Source: Balanoglossus misakiensis
Lineage: Eukaryota > Animalia > Hemichordata
Reading direction: 5' to 3'
Assembly (NCBI GenBank): GCA_040954595.2
Contig: CM082584.2
Span: 11,932,552 to 11,996,551, forward strand
Length of the DNA stretch: 64,000 bases
Numbering within the stretch: the stretch's first letter is position 1; each line of letters starts with the position of its first letter. Below, in pieces: positions 11,101 to 26,100 of the stretch. The notes below the pieces were generated by a model. The model ran no database searches. It saw nothing but the letters and a program-made list of their open reading frames with translations, and was not told the DNA's origin. The position numbers were made by a program, and so were the translations under genes.

Positions 11101-14100
11101 CAGTTCCTAGAACTACCCGAGTACAGTGACCGCATCAAGAAGGTGGCATAAGTTTGGGCCTAATTGCTTGTAGGCTTGCGGTTTCCAAAGAATGTGATGT
11201 AAAGGTCGATGGAAGCTTGTTTCATACTGTATCAATGGCTATGCAACTTATAAGTCAAGATGTGTGGAAGAAGATGGCTTAACGAATCTGTTAAATGTTA
11301 TTTTGTCGACGTGAGCACCAGCGTCTTCCACCTTGACATAACATATTGACTACGAAGCTATAAAAACTAAAGATATAATTTGTCTCGCGGCGATATATAT
11401 ATTAAAGCATTTGACTGACGTCAACCTTAGGATATTCCCATGTTATACAATATTTGTGCAAAAACACAAGGCAATCATTGTCATGACACAGATGACTTTA
11501 CGCATATTGCTCGTTCGGAAATAAGACGCCATAACTTTTTATGCGTTGCAAAACGGGATGGTATCAGATCAAAACAGCGGAAATTTCATACAATGAATCT
11601 GGGATTCGATAGACATTAAGGGTAGCCTTTAAATTGACACGTTAAAGATATTGCTGACAAGAATTGAGGGGCCTTTGTGTGAACTGTGTGTGGCGTGAAT
11701 AGTGTATTGGTTTAGAACAGTAGAAAACATGCTATTCTTCGTCTTGTTGTAACTGGTGTAATGTAGAAGTGATAGTTTCTCTATCGGTAAGTCGGGAGAC
11801 GACACGAAAAGTTTAATCAAACGACGTGTCCACGTACCTTTGCCTGTTTACTCAATTCACACCGCTTTCCGTTCACAAGATTTTCCATGAAGGTTGTCTA
11901 TTGTGACTGTTATTTCTTCATTACGCGTGCATTGTAATTCACAAAGGGTGTTTGCTTAATTGTGAAAACAACACTGTTATCGCACATTACAATGTCGTCA
12001 AAAACAGAAAAGTGTTATTTGATTTGCATAATTAGATGCAAAATGCACTCGAAAGTGTTTCCAAGACTGGGTCGGTTTAATTTTCTTTTCTTTTTGAGCG
12101 CCAAAGAGAAGTGTCACGTGGCCTGGGCGAAGTTTAAATGTGTTGGTTCGACACCAAGCCAGGAAAGAGGCAATCGGAATAAATTCCGGCGGCGAATAAA
12201 AACCATGTCGCATATATTGCCCAGTTGTTCGGGCTGTCATCACTAAACGTTATCAGGTGATGAGAATGTTAAGAACATTCCGAATGTAAAACATCGCAGC
12301 TAGGGTGGCACCACTTGTTTGAAAGCATACACGCGGAAACGTTAGAATACGTGTTCTGCATTAACGCCGGCTATTTAGGTGGCCTAAAATGTAATCTTCT
12401 GTGTTCGTTGACATGATATCCACTTCTCACACAAAAGTACCGAGCAGTCGTGTGAATTCCCAACAGACTTCCTTAAAATTAGTTCATCGTTGTCTGGGCA
12501 TCCGTGGTATACATTAGGTGCTCCGTCCGTGAGATGATATTTTTTTTATGAAAAAGATGCAGTCTTTTGTGTTTCACGACGAAACATAATACAGCCACGC
12601 CGTTTAATTGCAAAGCTGCTCAAATGAACTAATTATGAACGCCTGGCATTTGAAATAATACGTAAAGTAACTGGCATTTTCCTTTATCGAGAAAAAATAT
12701 TCTCCCAGGCTTCTCACATGGGGTTTGGTTGCCGTTAACTAAACTAGATGTTTTAAAAGGTTATACCCTCGTTTGCCGTCGGCGCTGTTTCTAAACGAGA
12801 ACACAATTCTGTCTACGGTTGTCACTGTTAGTTGGCCATAGCGTTAAACGTATACGTGTAAGACATACACATAGTAGTTGTGACATTTGGCGAAACTTGA
12901 AGTGATTTTGTTTTGTGGCAAGGTTGCTGCTCTCTCAAAGGAAGGCGTTTCGCCGTCCCGGCCGGGGCGTTCGAGATCTGGTTAAATATTTCAGCACGTT
13001 GAAAGAAAGGGCGTATGTATTGAATACAAAGGAAGAAATTGTGTTGTATAGTGAGTACTACGTCAGCGGTGTTTGCGGTGGCATGTTAATCTTATGTGGG
13101 CTTTCATGCCCAAGGAGTCGCTATGAATGATTAGAATCATAAATAAGCATCAATTTGTAATCAATACACATACAATCATATTTAGTGACCTGAAACATGC
13201 TTCCGATATTTAAAGTTTCATTTTCAGGCTGACAACTGACTTTGTGATTCCACACAGCATATATAGACAGGCGAAGTTCTTGTGACGGGCATTTCAACTG
13301 ACATCGCGATGTGCATTTTTCACAGTAAGACCGCAAGGTCAAAGGTCGGAGCAAAGTTGTCACTGCAAAGCCGCGCAGTACGGCGCAGGTGGAACGGATT
13401 ATCAGTGGCTTAGCTTCAGAAGCAGTTCTCCAGTTAAGGGGGATTAGGCGTGTTTTCTCTCGCCCCGTTCGACGGGGGAATCGTGATTCAGTCCGTAAAC
13501 ACCATGGAGGAGACGCTATTGGTTATTGACTTTTCTTTTACGACTGACTGTGAAGTCGGCGCGGGGGCCAAGCTCCGTCAGAAAGATGTAGCCACGCCAC
13601 TGAAATCCGGCTCCAGCCATCAAAGGCGATCAATTCAACGCACCCCGGAGTTCGAAGTCTGATGCATAATTGATAATATCGTTCTGATGCGGTCCTGTCA
13701 GATCGCATCAGTCAGCGGTTCCGCTGACTGTACTTGAGGCGACGCAAATTCTGCCACTTCCGAGAAGTCACAGATGCCAAACAGAGCGTGCAAAGTCACG
13801 TGGCGAAGTCGATGGTTTCGAAACGTTCTCAAAGGTGTGGCACTAACACTACACGCATGTCCGGGTGTTTAGGCACAGTTTAAAAACCAGTTAGCGACCC
13901 ACCGCTCCATCGATTATAATATATCTTCAATTTAATTGAAATTACGAGTCAGTGAGTTTATTAAAGGTCCATTAGCTATAACACCCACAATTTACAGCTT
14001 TTACAAACCTACCAATGGTGGAAATATGGCTAAACAATTTTCAACATTAGAGTAACATACTAATCAGAGACTAAAAAGAAATAACTCAGTAAAAGAGCCA

Positions 14101-17100
14101 AAATCTTGCATATGTCCAAAATAGGTTATTCGAAACATAAATAACCGACAGAAAATGCATGTTATACTTTAAGCCACAGAGAGTACTTGGGAAGGCTTTT
14201 GCGGTTTGAATGTCTGTCATCTTTATGCGTCGTGTCAGTTAAATACCTCCTAACATTTCATTATATAAGACTGCAGTACTCCCAATGTGGCCACAATGCT
14301 GAGCTATGGCACATGTTGTCTTTCTTGTGGCAAAAAAGTAGAATTAGATGTTTAACAAAGATGTTTGACGTCGAAAAAGAAACATCCACGACATGCATTT
14401 ACTTCATTCTCTCTGAAGGTCATAAATATTGATTACTTGACGGGACAGAAGAACATTAAAGGATTTCGTTTCTCAGCAATGAAGTCATTTCAATTTAACT
14501 GAGAAAAATTGTCTTGAGAATCAATGAGGAAAATACGGTTATGTCAAGCGGCCAAGTGAGTTGTCTGCTCTCTAACTGAGTGGGCACATCTTTTGACGGC
14601 AGATCTTGTAATTCATGTCTCAATTGCTTTCAATTAGAAATTAAATCATAGATTGAATGGCGACATACAAATGGGATTTTTTTGCTTGTCTATTAAGGAA
14701 CCGAAAGTTTAGGGGTAAGCGAGGTCGGGATTTCTTCGACTGGGACGTCAATCAGAAGGTTTTTTTTTCTCGACGCGGTGTAAATTCCCCCCGTTTGTTT
14801 ATGCTGTCCACCGAAAACCAAATCCGGGGATTTCTTCGCCGCTGGCAGTGCTCGAAGGTCACGCCTTCTGCGTCCGCGCGGCGCTGACGCACGCACCCTG
14901 GTCGCGTCGTGGTTCTCCGCGTGGAATATAAATCACGACTCGGTCCACGTTTAGTAATTCTTAACTAAACCATTACAGTCGCACGCCACCTGGTCATTAT
15001 GACCTGCAGATTAAAAAGTCGTTATATTTTTATACACGATAAGTAACGCTACACGATATACTATCATCAAAGCTGTAATTAGAGATAAGTCTGATAAGTC
15101 CATTGAATTTATCATTCGGAAGTATTACTTCTGGCATTAAGACCTGTTCTGTTTCACTCTGAAAGTTTAAATGTTAATCTTTCAAATAAGGCATCATTTA
15201 TTTAATTTATTTCATGCACGCAACAAATGCCTTCATAATTCGACTTGGATATTTTGCTGTTTTCCCTACTGAACCTTCTTTCACTTTGCATTGTGGGATA
15301 GCGGGCTGCTGTATACATTTGCTTAATAACGGCGATGACAGGGATTGGCTTACAGGTCCCAGGTTTTGTAGTTTTAGCCGCGAGTGAAAACGATCAAATT
15401 CCAGAAAAGGGGTGTCTGAAGTGGCAAATGAGTTCAATTAAACTTTTGTCTGGGAGACCTGTCAGCGTTAAGTAAAGGTCGAATGTTTGGTCCCCTCGGC
15501 AGTGTTGCTTGGTGAGGTACGGTAATGAGAAAAGGAAACTGTCTCATCCGAAGTTGGTTAGTATTTCTGAGTACTGCGTCGTTTGAAAGCTACCACGAAA
15601 AGCAACCCTCTTTTCTTCCATTGAAAAGCGTCGACATAAAAGACCGAAATGAAGTTCTTCAATCCTGACGTGGGCCAACGTCCCAGGCAAAACAAACTGA
15701 GCGCACTATACATAATTCTTTCTCCAGGATTTGAATACATTCCCGTTAAACAGTTTATTCTGCGCGACGTTACAAATTTAAGTGTAAATAAGACTGGGGT
15801 CAAATAGAGAAGTGAATTAAATTAAATTGTCTCAAATGACGTTGAACTCTAATACGCACTCTGTTAAATTAATAAACCGGGTGTCAACACCTTCAATGTC
15901 AAATGCTTCGGAATTTGAAAATTGACGGGTCTGTGATAGATCGGACTGCGTCGTTCGTGCGCTTCTAAAACCGACTGTGTTTAGTTTAAACTCGACTCGT
16001 CACGCTCAGGCAAATTAAAGTGCAAATGTCGCTTTACTCCATTCATTTGCTTTTGCAGATCACGTGTGATTTCTTTCCTGTGACAAACAAGGCAAAGCAA
16101 GTCTCAGTTTCATTTGCTGACTTTTAAACGTTTTGACTTTTCTTCTTGTCGGTTACTGCCCGCGGTCTTTCTATCTTCTCTGTAGTGATAGTGCTGCCGA
16201 CCCTTTTGGAAAACATTATTCGACTCTCAGTGAAAAGCATAATTCAGGAAATAGAATGAAGGTCCCGTAGGATTTTGTGCACAGGAAACGCGAGACCCGT
16301 GGCAGTCTTAAGCGTTTATCCATAGATCGCATATATCCATGACTCGATTGCGAGTCTGATTTAAACTTTGATATATTATCGATTCTATTTTAATTGCTCG
16401 CATCGGAAACACTTGTCCCACAGGCACGCAGAATACAGATTGTGTCGGTTATGTGAACGGACTTTTAAAAATATGAAATAGTTCAACAATATTGCCAAGC
16501 ACACTCGAAGAACAACTTTAATCTAGTTTTGACGACTGTCAGTTGCAATATCTTGCCTTTGAAGTTTGAACAATCACGGAATAATTGACACACTGGCAGC
16601 ACTTTCCGGCATGATAGATGACTCGTCAAGGTGTATCGTCTGCAATAATGCTGACGTAGCTTGTAGTAGCAGAGTGGTCGTTCTCAACACCCGAGCAGGA
16701 GATTCGTAATTCTCTCTTGCTTCTGTCCAAGGTTTGCATCCTCGCTTAACGCTTCTTCGTACGCAACAGCTATTCATCCATAGAGAAAATCGTCTCTTTT
16801 GGACCCATTATCTAGAAGTTCACACAATTTAATACAATTTCATCATTTTTTCTTTCACACGACACAGATGCCTCGTCAAGCATAGATCAGTACCGCCTTG
16901 TGCAACACCTCTTCAAAAACTACTCTTCCGAAATCAGACCTGTGATAGAAAAAACAACAGTGACGAGGATAACGGTGAGATTTTTTGTCTCCAAGATCCT
17001 GGAAATGGTAAGTTTGCCATTCTTTCTACCTTAAATAACGTTTTAATCGTGCTAGGGGGTCAAATCATGCCATGTCATGCAAGGAGCGATTATTATTTTT

Positions 17101-20100
17101 TTCCCTTTATGATGCTTCATCCCAACATAAATCACGTTGGACAAATACAATCAAAGCAGGCAAAGTCAACAAAGTAGAGCCCGCTTTCGAAAATAGAACA
17201 TAATTTTGAATAAGTCGAACAGAAGACGGCAGTTTCACGAGTCACTTCAGCGTGCCATGCACGTGTAGTATTTCCGATCAAGTGTGACGTATGTGTTTCT
17301 AGCGTGAGATGAATTTCAAAAATATTCTGATGATTTTTACGCGGTGCATTGACCCTGTCGGCGATGGTAGTTTGCTTTGAGTGTATTGTTAGGGAAATAG
17401 ACCAGGGCCAGGCAGCTATTTGCAGAAAGGATAGCATTTAACATTCATCAGGGATGGAAATTCTGACACAATAGGACGACATAATACAGCTATCTCATTG
17501 GCTAACCGACTGACTGCACTGGTCCAGGTGCACATATTGATCTGCCACGCTGTACGGTGCATGCGCATGTCACTGCGTTTTAGTCACGCCACCCGCATGG
17601 ACGTACACTCGGATATCTCCGCCACAGAGTTTTCCAAGCGAAATGGAACGGTTTTGCTCTCAGTTTGACAACCCGATACCACTGGATGACGGAGAAGATT
17701 TTAAACTAGCGGCAAAACGGGAAGATGAAAGATTCCAGGCTTCCATGGACCGTAAAGATTTGACTGAAATACGGAGATCTCGCGCACTGCAAAATACACG
17801 CAAGTCTAACAGGTGGGGCATGTTTGTGTGGGATGAATTGGGACGAGAGCTGAAAATCATTGTGTTTCCTAAAGCAAGCAAGTCGCTATGATTCACACAG
17901 GGTCAAATCTCGTCTTTCCTTCTGAGGGAAAATTTCATTGTATCTTTAACTACGCGACAAAACATAATGTTTCACGCTGTTGTTTCTCCGGAGATGGCTT
18001 TTGTTTGAAAGTTTAGAGAGGCGAGCATGGTCGTTACTAGCCTCTGCTGTTACGGTCATCAGCTTGACGTCACCAATCGTGCAACCTTTTGCATTTGGAG
18101 ATGGTGCGTCATTTACACGTCCCATGGATCGATAGATACATCAATTCATTGATCAGTAGCAAAGCCGCCTCTCGCCTGTGTATCGCCTATTCTGTCATCC
18201 AACTGACATACCACGCATATCAATTGATAACAGTTAACCAACTCACCCAAATCAATGTAATTTTTTTCCGGGGATATTGACTATTGGTCGTAAAAGTTAG
18301 AAATTGGGCGTCGATGTTATCAATCAGAGTAAAAATTCTTTTTGGCGTGGTGTTGAACTGAACACTCCATTTGCCCTAATGGACGCACCTTTCCACTGCC
18401 TGTAGGCCATGCAGCGATACGTCATTTAATATTTGCGTCTCACGTTGTTTTCGACTGTTTTCACCAATTAGCATGGCGCAGTGCCCAGCAGCGCTCGTTT
18501 GATCATGATACACTCCACGATTCAGAAACAAGAAGCGTCACGTTCAACCTAAGATTAACATCATTCTATAACTTCTCCCGTGTACATTCATGGTGTATTT
18601 TGCTCACGTCAAATTTAGATTATTCGCTCTTAAACTTGAGAATAAAAATTGGGAGTTATCTTGCACAATTTTGAATGAGACAGCTGAGTTGTGAAATTCA
18701 AAATGGCCGCCGATCCCTTTGTTATGTCAATGGGGACAATTTAAAGTGGCGATACTCATGAATAAGACTTTGAACACGCTTTTGTTTCAAAAACACACCT
18801 CATGCACACGGTGTGGAGTACGATCAGTTTTCCGCAAATCTTCTCCCGAGGTGCGTACTACATGTACTTTAAAGGGGAACACGCCAAATTTATCAGTTGA
18901 AATCACCGAAGGAATAAAATAGCGCTGACATCAAAAGAAAACATGGCGTATATATCACACATGTATAAACTGCTGTCATATGCTATCAGCTTTAAATAGT
19001 TCACAATATATTGCAGGAAGCCACTTAAAATCAGACGTGGCATTTTCACGGGATACTTTTAAGCTGCCATCTGTCTTAGCTAATGGTTTCTCCTCATTAA
19101 TTGTGTGCGCGTCGTTGATCAGGAGCAATCCCTGTGACTTTTGGATAGCAAAATTTTTATATAATTTGTTGATAGAAATTGATAAATGTGTTGCATTTTA
19201 CTCTCAGAGAAGGATTTAAGCGTAATCGTTTACTGTATTCAACTTGTTGGTAGTAGAACTGCAGGGACTCCCTAATTTTGTCATAAACTACACTTGTGTC
19301 TCTATAACCAGCCTGTGTGCGCAAAAAGAGGCGTGACCAGGTGGCATACATTAGTTTGCCTGGCAGGACCGCAGTTTCCACCATCTTAAATCACTCTTGT
19401 CGACGAGATTTTAAAGCACTAACTCCCGCCATGGACCATTTCACTTTTGTGGCCGTTGTTCGTGTTTTCCCCGAACACTATCGGTCAGGCGCACCACGCC
19501 ACTCGATGCAGACAGAATAGATGGAACAATCCTGTCCAGACTGTCGCGGCGTTCCAAATCTCCGCTCGATCCTAAATTATACACTTTCTAATCACAGTTT
19601 GTCTTCTGCGGGACAATATTGGCACAGGCGGTGACGCGTGCGCGTTCTCCAAGTGACGTTTGTTTTGAACTTTAGAGCAAAAGCAATTACGGCGCATGCT
19701 TTGTTTGATTCCAATACTGTCCAAGACTGAACAGCCGATAGATTAGACAGTCGCTCAAGAAGAACAGACAATCTAGTTCCTTTGATAATAGTATAGAAGA
19801 CAGACGCCATATTGACTAAATACAATGGGACATTATAAAACAATCGTGTATACAAATGTTTTAAAGACAATGCAGTTTTGCCTGTTCTTACCGAATTGCA
19901 AATGTCATCGTCTCAGATTTTGTGCGTTTTTTCAAATAAGAGTGAATCTGAAGAAAGTCGTAACACAAAACAAAATCCCTGGAAATTGCTCAAACTTTAC
20001 AATGTCACGCATGTGGGTATTTAATCCTTGCATGTCGCCGCAGCAATAAGACCGTAAATCGTTGTGAAATGACAAACGACTCAATGGACTGGCGTCGTCC

Positions 20101-23100
20101 AATCTAATGATTATATCTTATCGCGCGCGTTCCGACATAAGAAGAGAAAACTTTGATAAAGTAAAATCGGTGATTATGACGTACTATCAACACTTCGTCG
20201 TTAAGATTTCAGCTGCAGACACGCGTGATTTGTACCGTTCAAGCAGAACACAGCCCTGACTATAGAGCGATGCCCGGACAGTTGGCTTTGTTGTTTGTAG
20301 TGCCTGATATTGCACCATTCCCCCACAACGCGTTTGCCCTTTTGAAGTTTGCTTATGTGGCGAGATTGAAGAATGAGGTCGGTAGCCCAGCCCGTTGAGG
20401 GAACTTTTGCCTCCGATAGCAGTATCACTAACACGAACCAATACGCAATTTTGACACTGTTCAATCCATGTTTCTATTTTGGTAACTTCTGGTGGTAATT
20501 CAATCAGGGAAATTTTAAGAGATAAATTCTCAGTATCGCTTTTATTTTTAGTGGAGAGTGCATCATAGCAAATTCAGTGACGTATGTTTGATCGTGTTTT
20601 ATTCTCTAAGTGATCTCCTATTGGTGGAATCTCGGCTAACCTTTTTTGACTGCACTTGCAAAACCAAATAAGTTAGATCTGCCGTGAGGTAATGAGTCTC
20701 TGGCGATTTGTGGTTAAAGACATAATTGCTTCGGGGAAATCGCCTATCATCCCCGGTGCATAGAAAAGAGCACTTCAACTGAAAAAATGACTATTGCTTT
20801 AATGACGTCGAGCGGATGGCAAACGTTGATTGAGAACAAACTTCCACTGTTTACCACAGGGCCCCCTGACTGTGATCTCACGTATATGTACTAGTATATT
20901 GGCGAGTTGGTTCCAAAATTGGATCCCGATAGTTTGCATAGGCGGCAAATGTTGAAACCTCCTGGACGAGAGGCTATGCAGACACAAGCTTGACAAAGAT
21001 GCTATAGCATGCGTGATTGCGTTGCCTGGGCAACGGAAGCGCTGTCGCTTGATTGATAAAATATGAGTCTTGGGAGGGCAGATATAATGGGATTTTGGGT
21101 ATTGAAGCTTTTTTGTTTTTGTTTTTTACTACAGGATGAAAAACAACAGACGCTGAAGGTGAACTCTTGGTTGACACTGGTGAGTTTAATGAACTATAAA
21201 ACGTTATTATACAGCACATTATACTTAGACGAACGCCGGGAAGGCGCCTTATTTGCATATTTTGTGTTTGTCTGTCGTACCAACAAAGGGACGCGAGACT
21301 GGGGTTGCAAATACAAATTATTGTCAGTGTGACAATAAGTCAATTCACTAGAAATTATTATAGTTTGCTTTCCAATAAACGTCAGTGTTTCCGACTTTAC
21401 ATTTTTTCCGCCTTCAGCAGAAATCAATTTTATGATACCATTTTAATGACTATTGCAGCAGACAGCATACTGTCTAATATTCTCTTGCGTCACATATGTA
21501 AATTACTGATTTTTTTCTCATAACGAGAGCGTACCCACAAATACTTTTCTTCGGCAAACTGCTGTCTGTAATATCCACCACTTTTTATCCATGACTTGAC
21601 CTTCCGAATAACTGAATGTATATAGTATAGACACATGTGATGTGACACGTTGTCTTTATTTTCTAGATTAGCGCGATCTTTACTCCCTAATAGTGATTCA
21701 ATGGCCCGGGACACTCGATCACTCAGCTGGGCAATCAGAAAAACGCGTCAAATTATAGGGAGCTCTTAACGCTGTTCTTTGTCACATAATCCTATAAACT
21801 CGTCGACTCTCTTTCCGTAAAAGAGGTAACGCTTCTTTCTACGCATCTGGCCAACGGAGACATTTTAACGGGACTCGTCTCAAAAGCTTCATGCCCCCTT
21901 TTCTGAAATCCCCTTCGCACCTGTCGCAAAAAATCGACCGACCAGTTAAAGCCTGGTCGCAACACTGCATGGTTTTAAATCAACGCACCGCTTGGTTGTT
22001 CCTATTCAGCTGCGACCGCACATCAAATCCTCTACAAAGTCGTCGATAAATCAAAGGATTTGGTGTTTTATTCGAGATAATGAACTCGGACATTGTTTTT
22101 CATTTGCCTGCGTCAGCAGTAACCTTTCAGGGGTCTGTGTACTGCTTGCAGATACGAGCGGCACCGCCAATTATTTGTGCGTTTTATTGCGTGCTGTAAC
22201 TCACTGAAGAAAATGGATTCCATAAATATAGTTTAATCCCTGACATACTTTGAGAAATTTGCTGGATTATCGTCGTGCAGAATTCCGTTTTAAAAATTAC
22301 CTATATCAGACATGGACTGTTTAGCGAAAACGTTTGCTGTGACATCGCTATTCAACTTTATTTTCAATAAATTACGCGCACTTTACTAAAAAAAAACTAA
22401 ACGGTATAGGCCTAATATAGATCGTGACGGTATATAATATAATAACGCAAAACCACAAACATGTTCGAATATACCGTAAATCATTCATGAATAAAATGCC
22501 TATTATATTCGTTTCTCTAAATAAATGACCAGTTGCCTAGAGTCATTTAAAGAAAAAATAACATTATCTTGTACACACGATGACCTTCAGGACAAAGGTC
22601 AGTACAAGAGAACGATCAACGTCTTCCGTATATTGAATTGGTCCATTTAATTAATTGACATATCGTTTGACCTTGTGAAATTATAAGATTAAGTGTCTCG
22701 ACCTGGCAATTTCTTTCTTCTCCGCAGAACTTCGCTAGTTTGTCATGTGTGTTCTTTCTGAGTTCAAAGAACGTTTAATCAAAGGTTAGGCGGATTACAC
22801 AAGAGGGCAACGCGAGTCTAATGTTTTTGCTTATCGAGCGGAAACTAAAAAGGGTGCAACAGCTTGAGAAATCTATACTAGCAGAATGGAAATACATCGC
22901 CTTTTATAACCCACTTGCCTCTGTCAGATAGAAATCCAGATGGCGGTAATTTACACTGGCATTGTAAAAGGGTGGCATTTTCTTGCCACCGGGGAATTTA
23001 TTTCCTCCAGTTCTACAAAGGCGCCGAAATCCAGTGAGGGCCACACAGTCGACAATATTCAAAATTGATGGAAAACCTTGAATGCGTCGTTTAAATGGAC

Positions 23101-26100
23101 CGCATTGTCACTTACACCTTTCGATAATGCGCGTGTGTTGGTTAGCTCATGCGAAGCAAATTCAATTTCTTTGACAAGGGTGCGATTGATCAGAAAATCG
23201 AAATCGCCCTTCCCCAAACGCGCTTAATATTACGAGGGTAGGTGTAACCTTTCATGGACATTGTCAACTATTGCGATATTCGTTGTAAAAATCGTGATCT
23301 TTAAGGTAGATGACTTCCCACACGCAGTGCGTGGTTATCAAATTCCATAGCCTTACATGTAGAATTTTGTTAACTTTCTGAAAGATTCCACCGTATTGGA
23401 TCGCACCGCAAAAGAAATCAAAATGCATGTGTACGCCCGCTTAATCCCCCCGCCTTTGTGCCGATCGCGAGAGTCTAATCGCTTTAGGCTAGCCAGATAA
23501 TTGGTTCTCTACAACAGACGGGCGGAAGGACGCATGTCAATCTGTCAGACCGATCGTCCATGCAGACAGACCGATGATAGTATGCGGTTTTGAATTATCA
23601 CTGAAAATCACTATTCGTGGAATTAGTTGACTAAGTTGTTAGCAAAGATTTAGTGTAGAGGAGTACCGCAAGTACATTGTCAGTGATGCGGTCTTAGGTC
23701 TCATAAATAAGCAGGCATTTCACATTGAATGTGGAAAACGGCCAGTGTCGACCGACCGAATAATCGCCGTGGGTGTTGCCGACTAAGACTTAATCCTTTC
23801 CACAAGACCCTGGCCGTGCCTTTGCATAATAATGTAGCGTAGTTTGACCGAGGTTTCCTTCACTTGTATCTCTCCATTGAATCTGCAAAGTTATCACGAA
23901 TCAAATCAGAAACTATACTTCGTCTTTAGAACAACACGTCTGGCTGGGAGTCCTTGCTGGGGAAATCTGGGTAATGTCCCCGGATAACCAATTATGTTAA
24001 TTCTAGCTGCTAAAACCAGAAGAATCTCGTCAGAGTCGGATATTAAACCGCCATGAATAATTTGGAGACAGTTGGCCTTTAAATTCCTCTCGTGGAAACC
24101 ATTGTCATTCTATGTGGATGATGACGCACTTCCGTCGTGAAACCAGTTGGTGCATAAAAGTATAACGTCACCAAATGGTGTCGTGTCACAATCAAGGTGT
24201 CGCTTTCGGATAAAAAGAAGCCTGTAATTCCTGTCCATTGACATCCATGTTACATTAGCATTTAATACCTCGTGGGATTTCTGAAATAAGGGTTATCACC
24301 ATAGGATTTGTTTCATAAGTACATGTACTTATGTAATAATGAGCAGAAAATTTATACTTGCCCTTCTTGGGCCACTGTAATATCCACAGGAACAGATTAA
24401 GTTTGCAAATAAGCAGGAATATTTGTTGGAAAACAACATTTTTATGCCATCAAATTCTGTATAAGTTAATTCTCTGCTTGTTTTATCATTAGTGCTTTTT
24501 ACAAGTTAAACATATTATAGTCTACATCAATAAATAAAACAATGTCGTAAAACTAGTAAATGTTTAAATGCGTCAACATCTGTATTGGCGACGCGCGCGC
24601 GCTAACTCAATTTCATCAACTGAGAAAGGCATTCATAAAATATTAAAAAAACTCACAGACCTTGGTCATAAATCTTTCAGACAATGTCAACTGACAGTGT
24701 TCACATAAAACAACGACGTTGAATATTCATTTGCTTCGTTTTACGGGTGTTTTCCTCGCGATGCCCATGATTTTGACCCGATTCGGCGCGTGATGCAGCA
24801 TTTTTACCTCACGGGCGATATAACTCTCTTCAAAACTAACTAACTTATTCAGAGCGTGGACAGCTATGATTCATAACATTATAAAATATACTTCATCTTT
24901 TATAGTTTTGTTCCCAAAAGGGACAACTGAATTAACCCTGAGTGTCCCCTGTTGACATTTGATATTCATTGATACAGAAGTTTCAAAAAACGAAGCAGGC
25001 TGTGGCGTGATTGACTTCACGTTGCCTTGCATAAAATATCGATCCGGCGTCTCTTTACTGTCAATTTTAGAAAGTGTGGTACTTTAAACCGTGTATAAGG
25101 AGCGGAAACCGAACACTATTGAATAACAATATCGCCGTATACACGTCTAGGGGCATTATTTCCAAAACGGCCGTAATAACCAAATCGCTTGTAACTATAT
25201 ATTTCAGTATTTTATAGCTATTTCATTATGATATTCCCGCTTAAAGCAGACTATTGAAGAACCCAATGAAAGATAACCATTCCCATGCACAAGACGGTCT
25301 TGCGCAGTGCAATGCAGGGTGGTTAGTCATTGTTTTCAAAATCAGTAAATAACGCCTCGAAACATATCATAGGATTTCTCCGTTGTTAAAATTGCATTAT
25401 GACCTTGAGATTGGACATGAGCTCACTGCAAGACTGGCCATTAGAGTTTTTACACTGATTACATTACTGATACTGTGTTATTGACATTTTTCTAAGGCGA
25501 GAGTAATAGCTCCGCGAGGGAAGAAATTTTATGTACCGGATTTGTGTCACGTATACGAAAAAGTGCATTGTTCGAATATGAGCTAATGACTGTTGCCAAA
25601 GGCGGCTTCTATAATAAACCAATCGTAATGCGACAAATGTTGAGAGAGAGAAGTACTAGGGCTACCAAGCGACCGATGGTCACCATGGCGATGGCCCCAA
25701 TGGCGCCAAACACAGATACGGGGATCTTTGAAGTGGTAAAGTGGCATTTACTTATCAAGTAAATTCTAGAAATAACATAGCAGCCAATAGGTGATGTAAA
25801 CAAATTATAACGCCTAAATTATAACGCATATGAATTTTGACGGCCGTCTTACTGTGCGACGAAAATCGTTCTCTCGATTCAAACGAGCGAAACAAAAAGT
25901 CACAAAAATCAAACCAGAAATGACCGACTTCAACTACCGCTGCATTGACAGGTGGCCAAGGCCTAATAATATAAGCGATGACATTGCAAGACACAAGCAT
26001 CGCTAACTAATGATCAACTGCATCCTGTCGGTCGCCAGAGACAGTTTCTGTAATGTGAATTAATGTAACCGGGAAACGCAGGTACTTCCACGCGTAATGA

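Noticed and set aside
25544-25803. Hydrophobic short ORF (GAIGAIAMVTIGRLVALVLL)
   Set aside because: No family resemblance or supporting exon partners.
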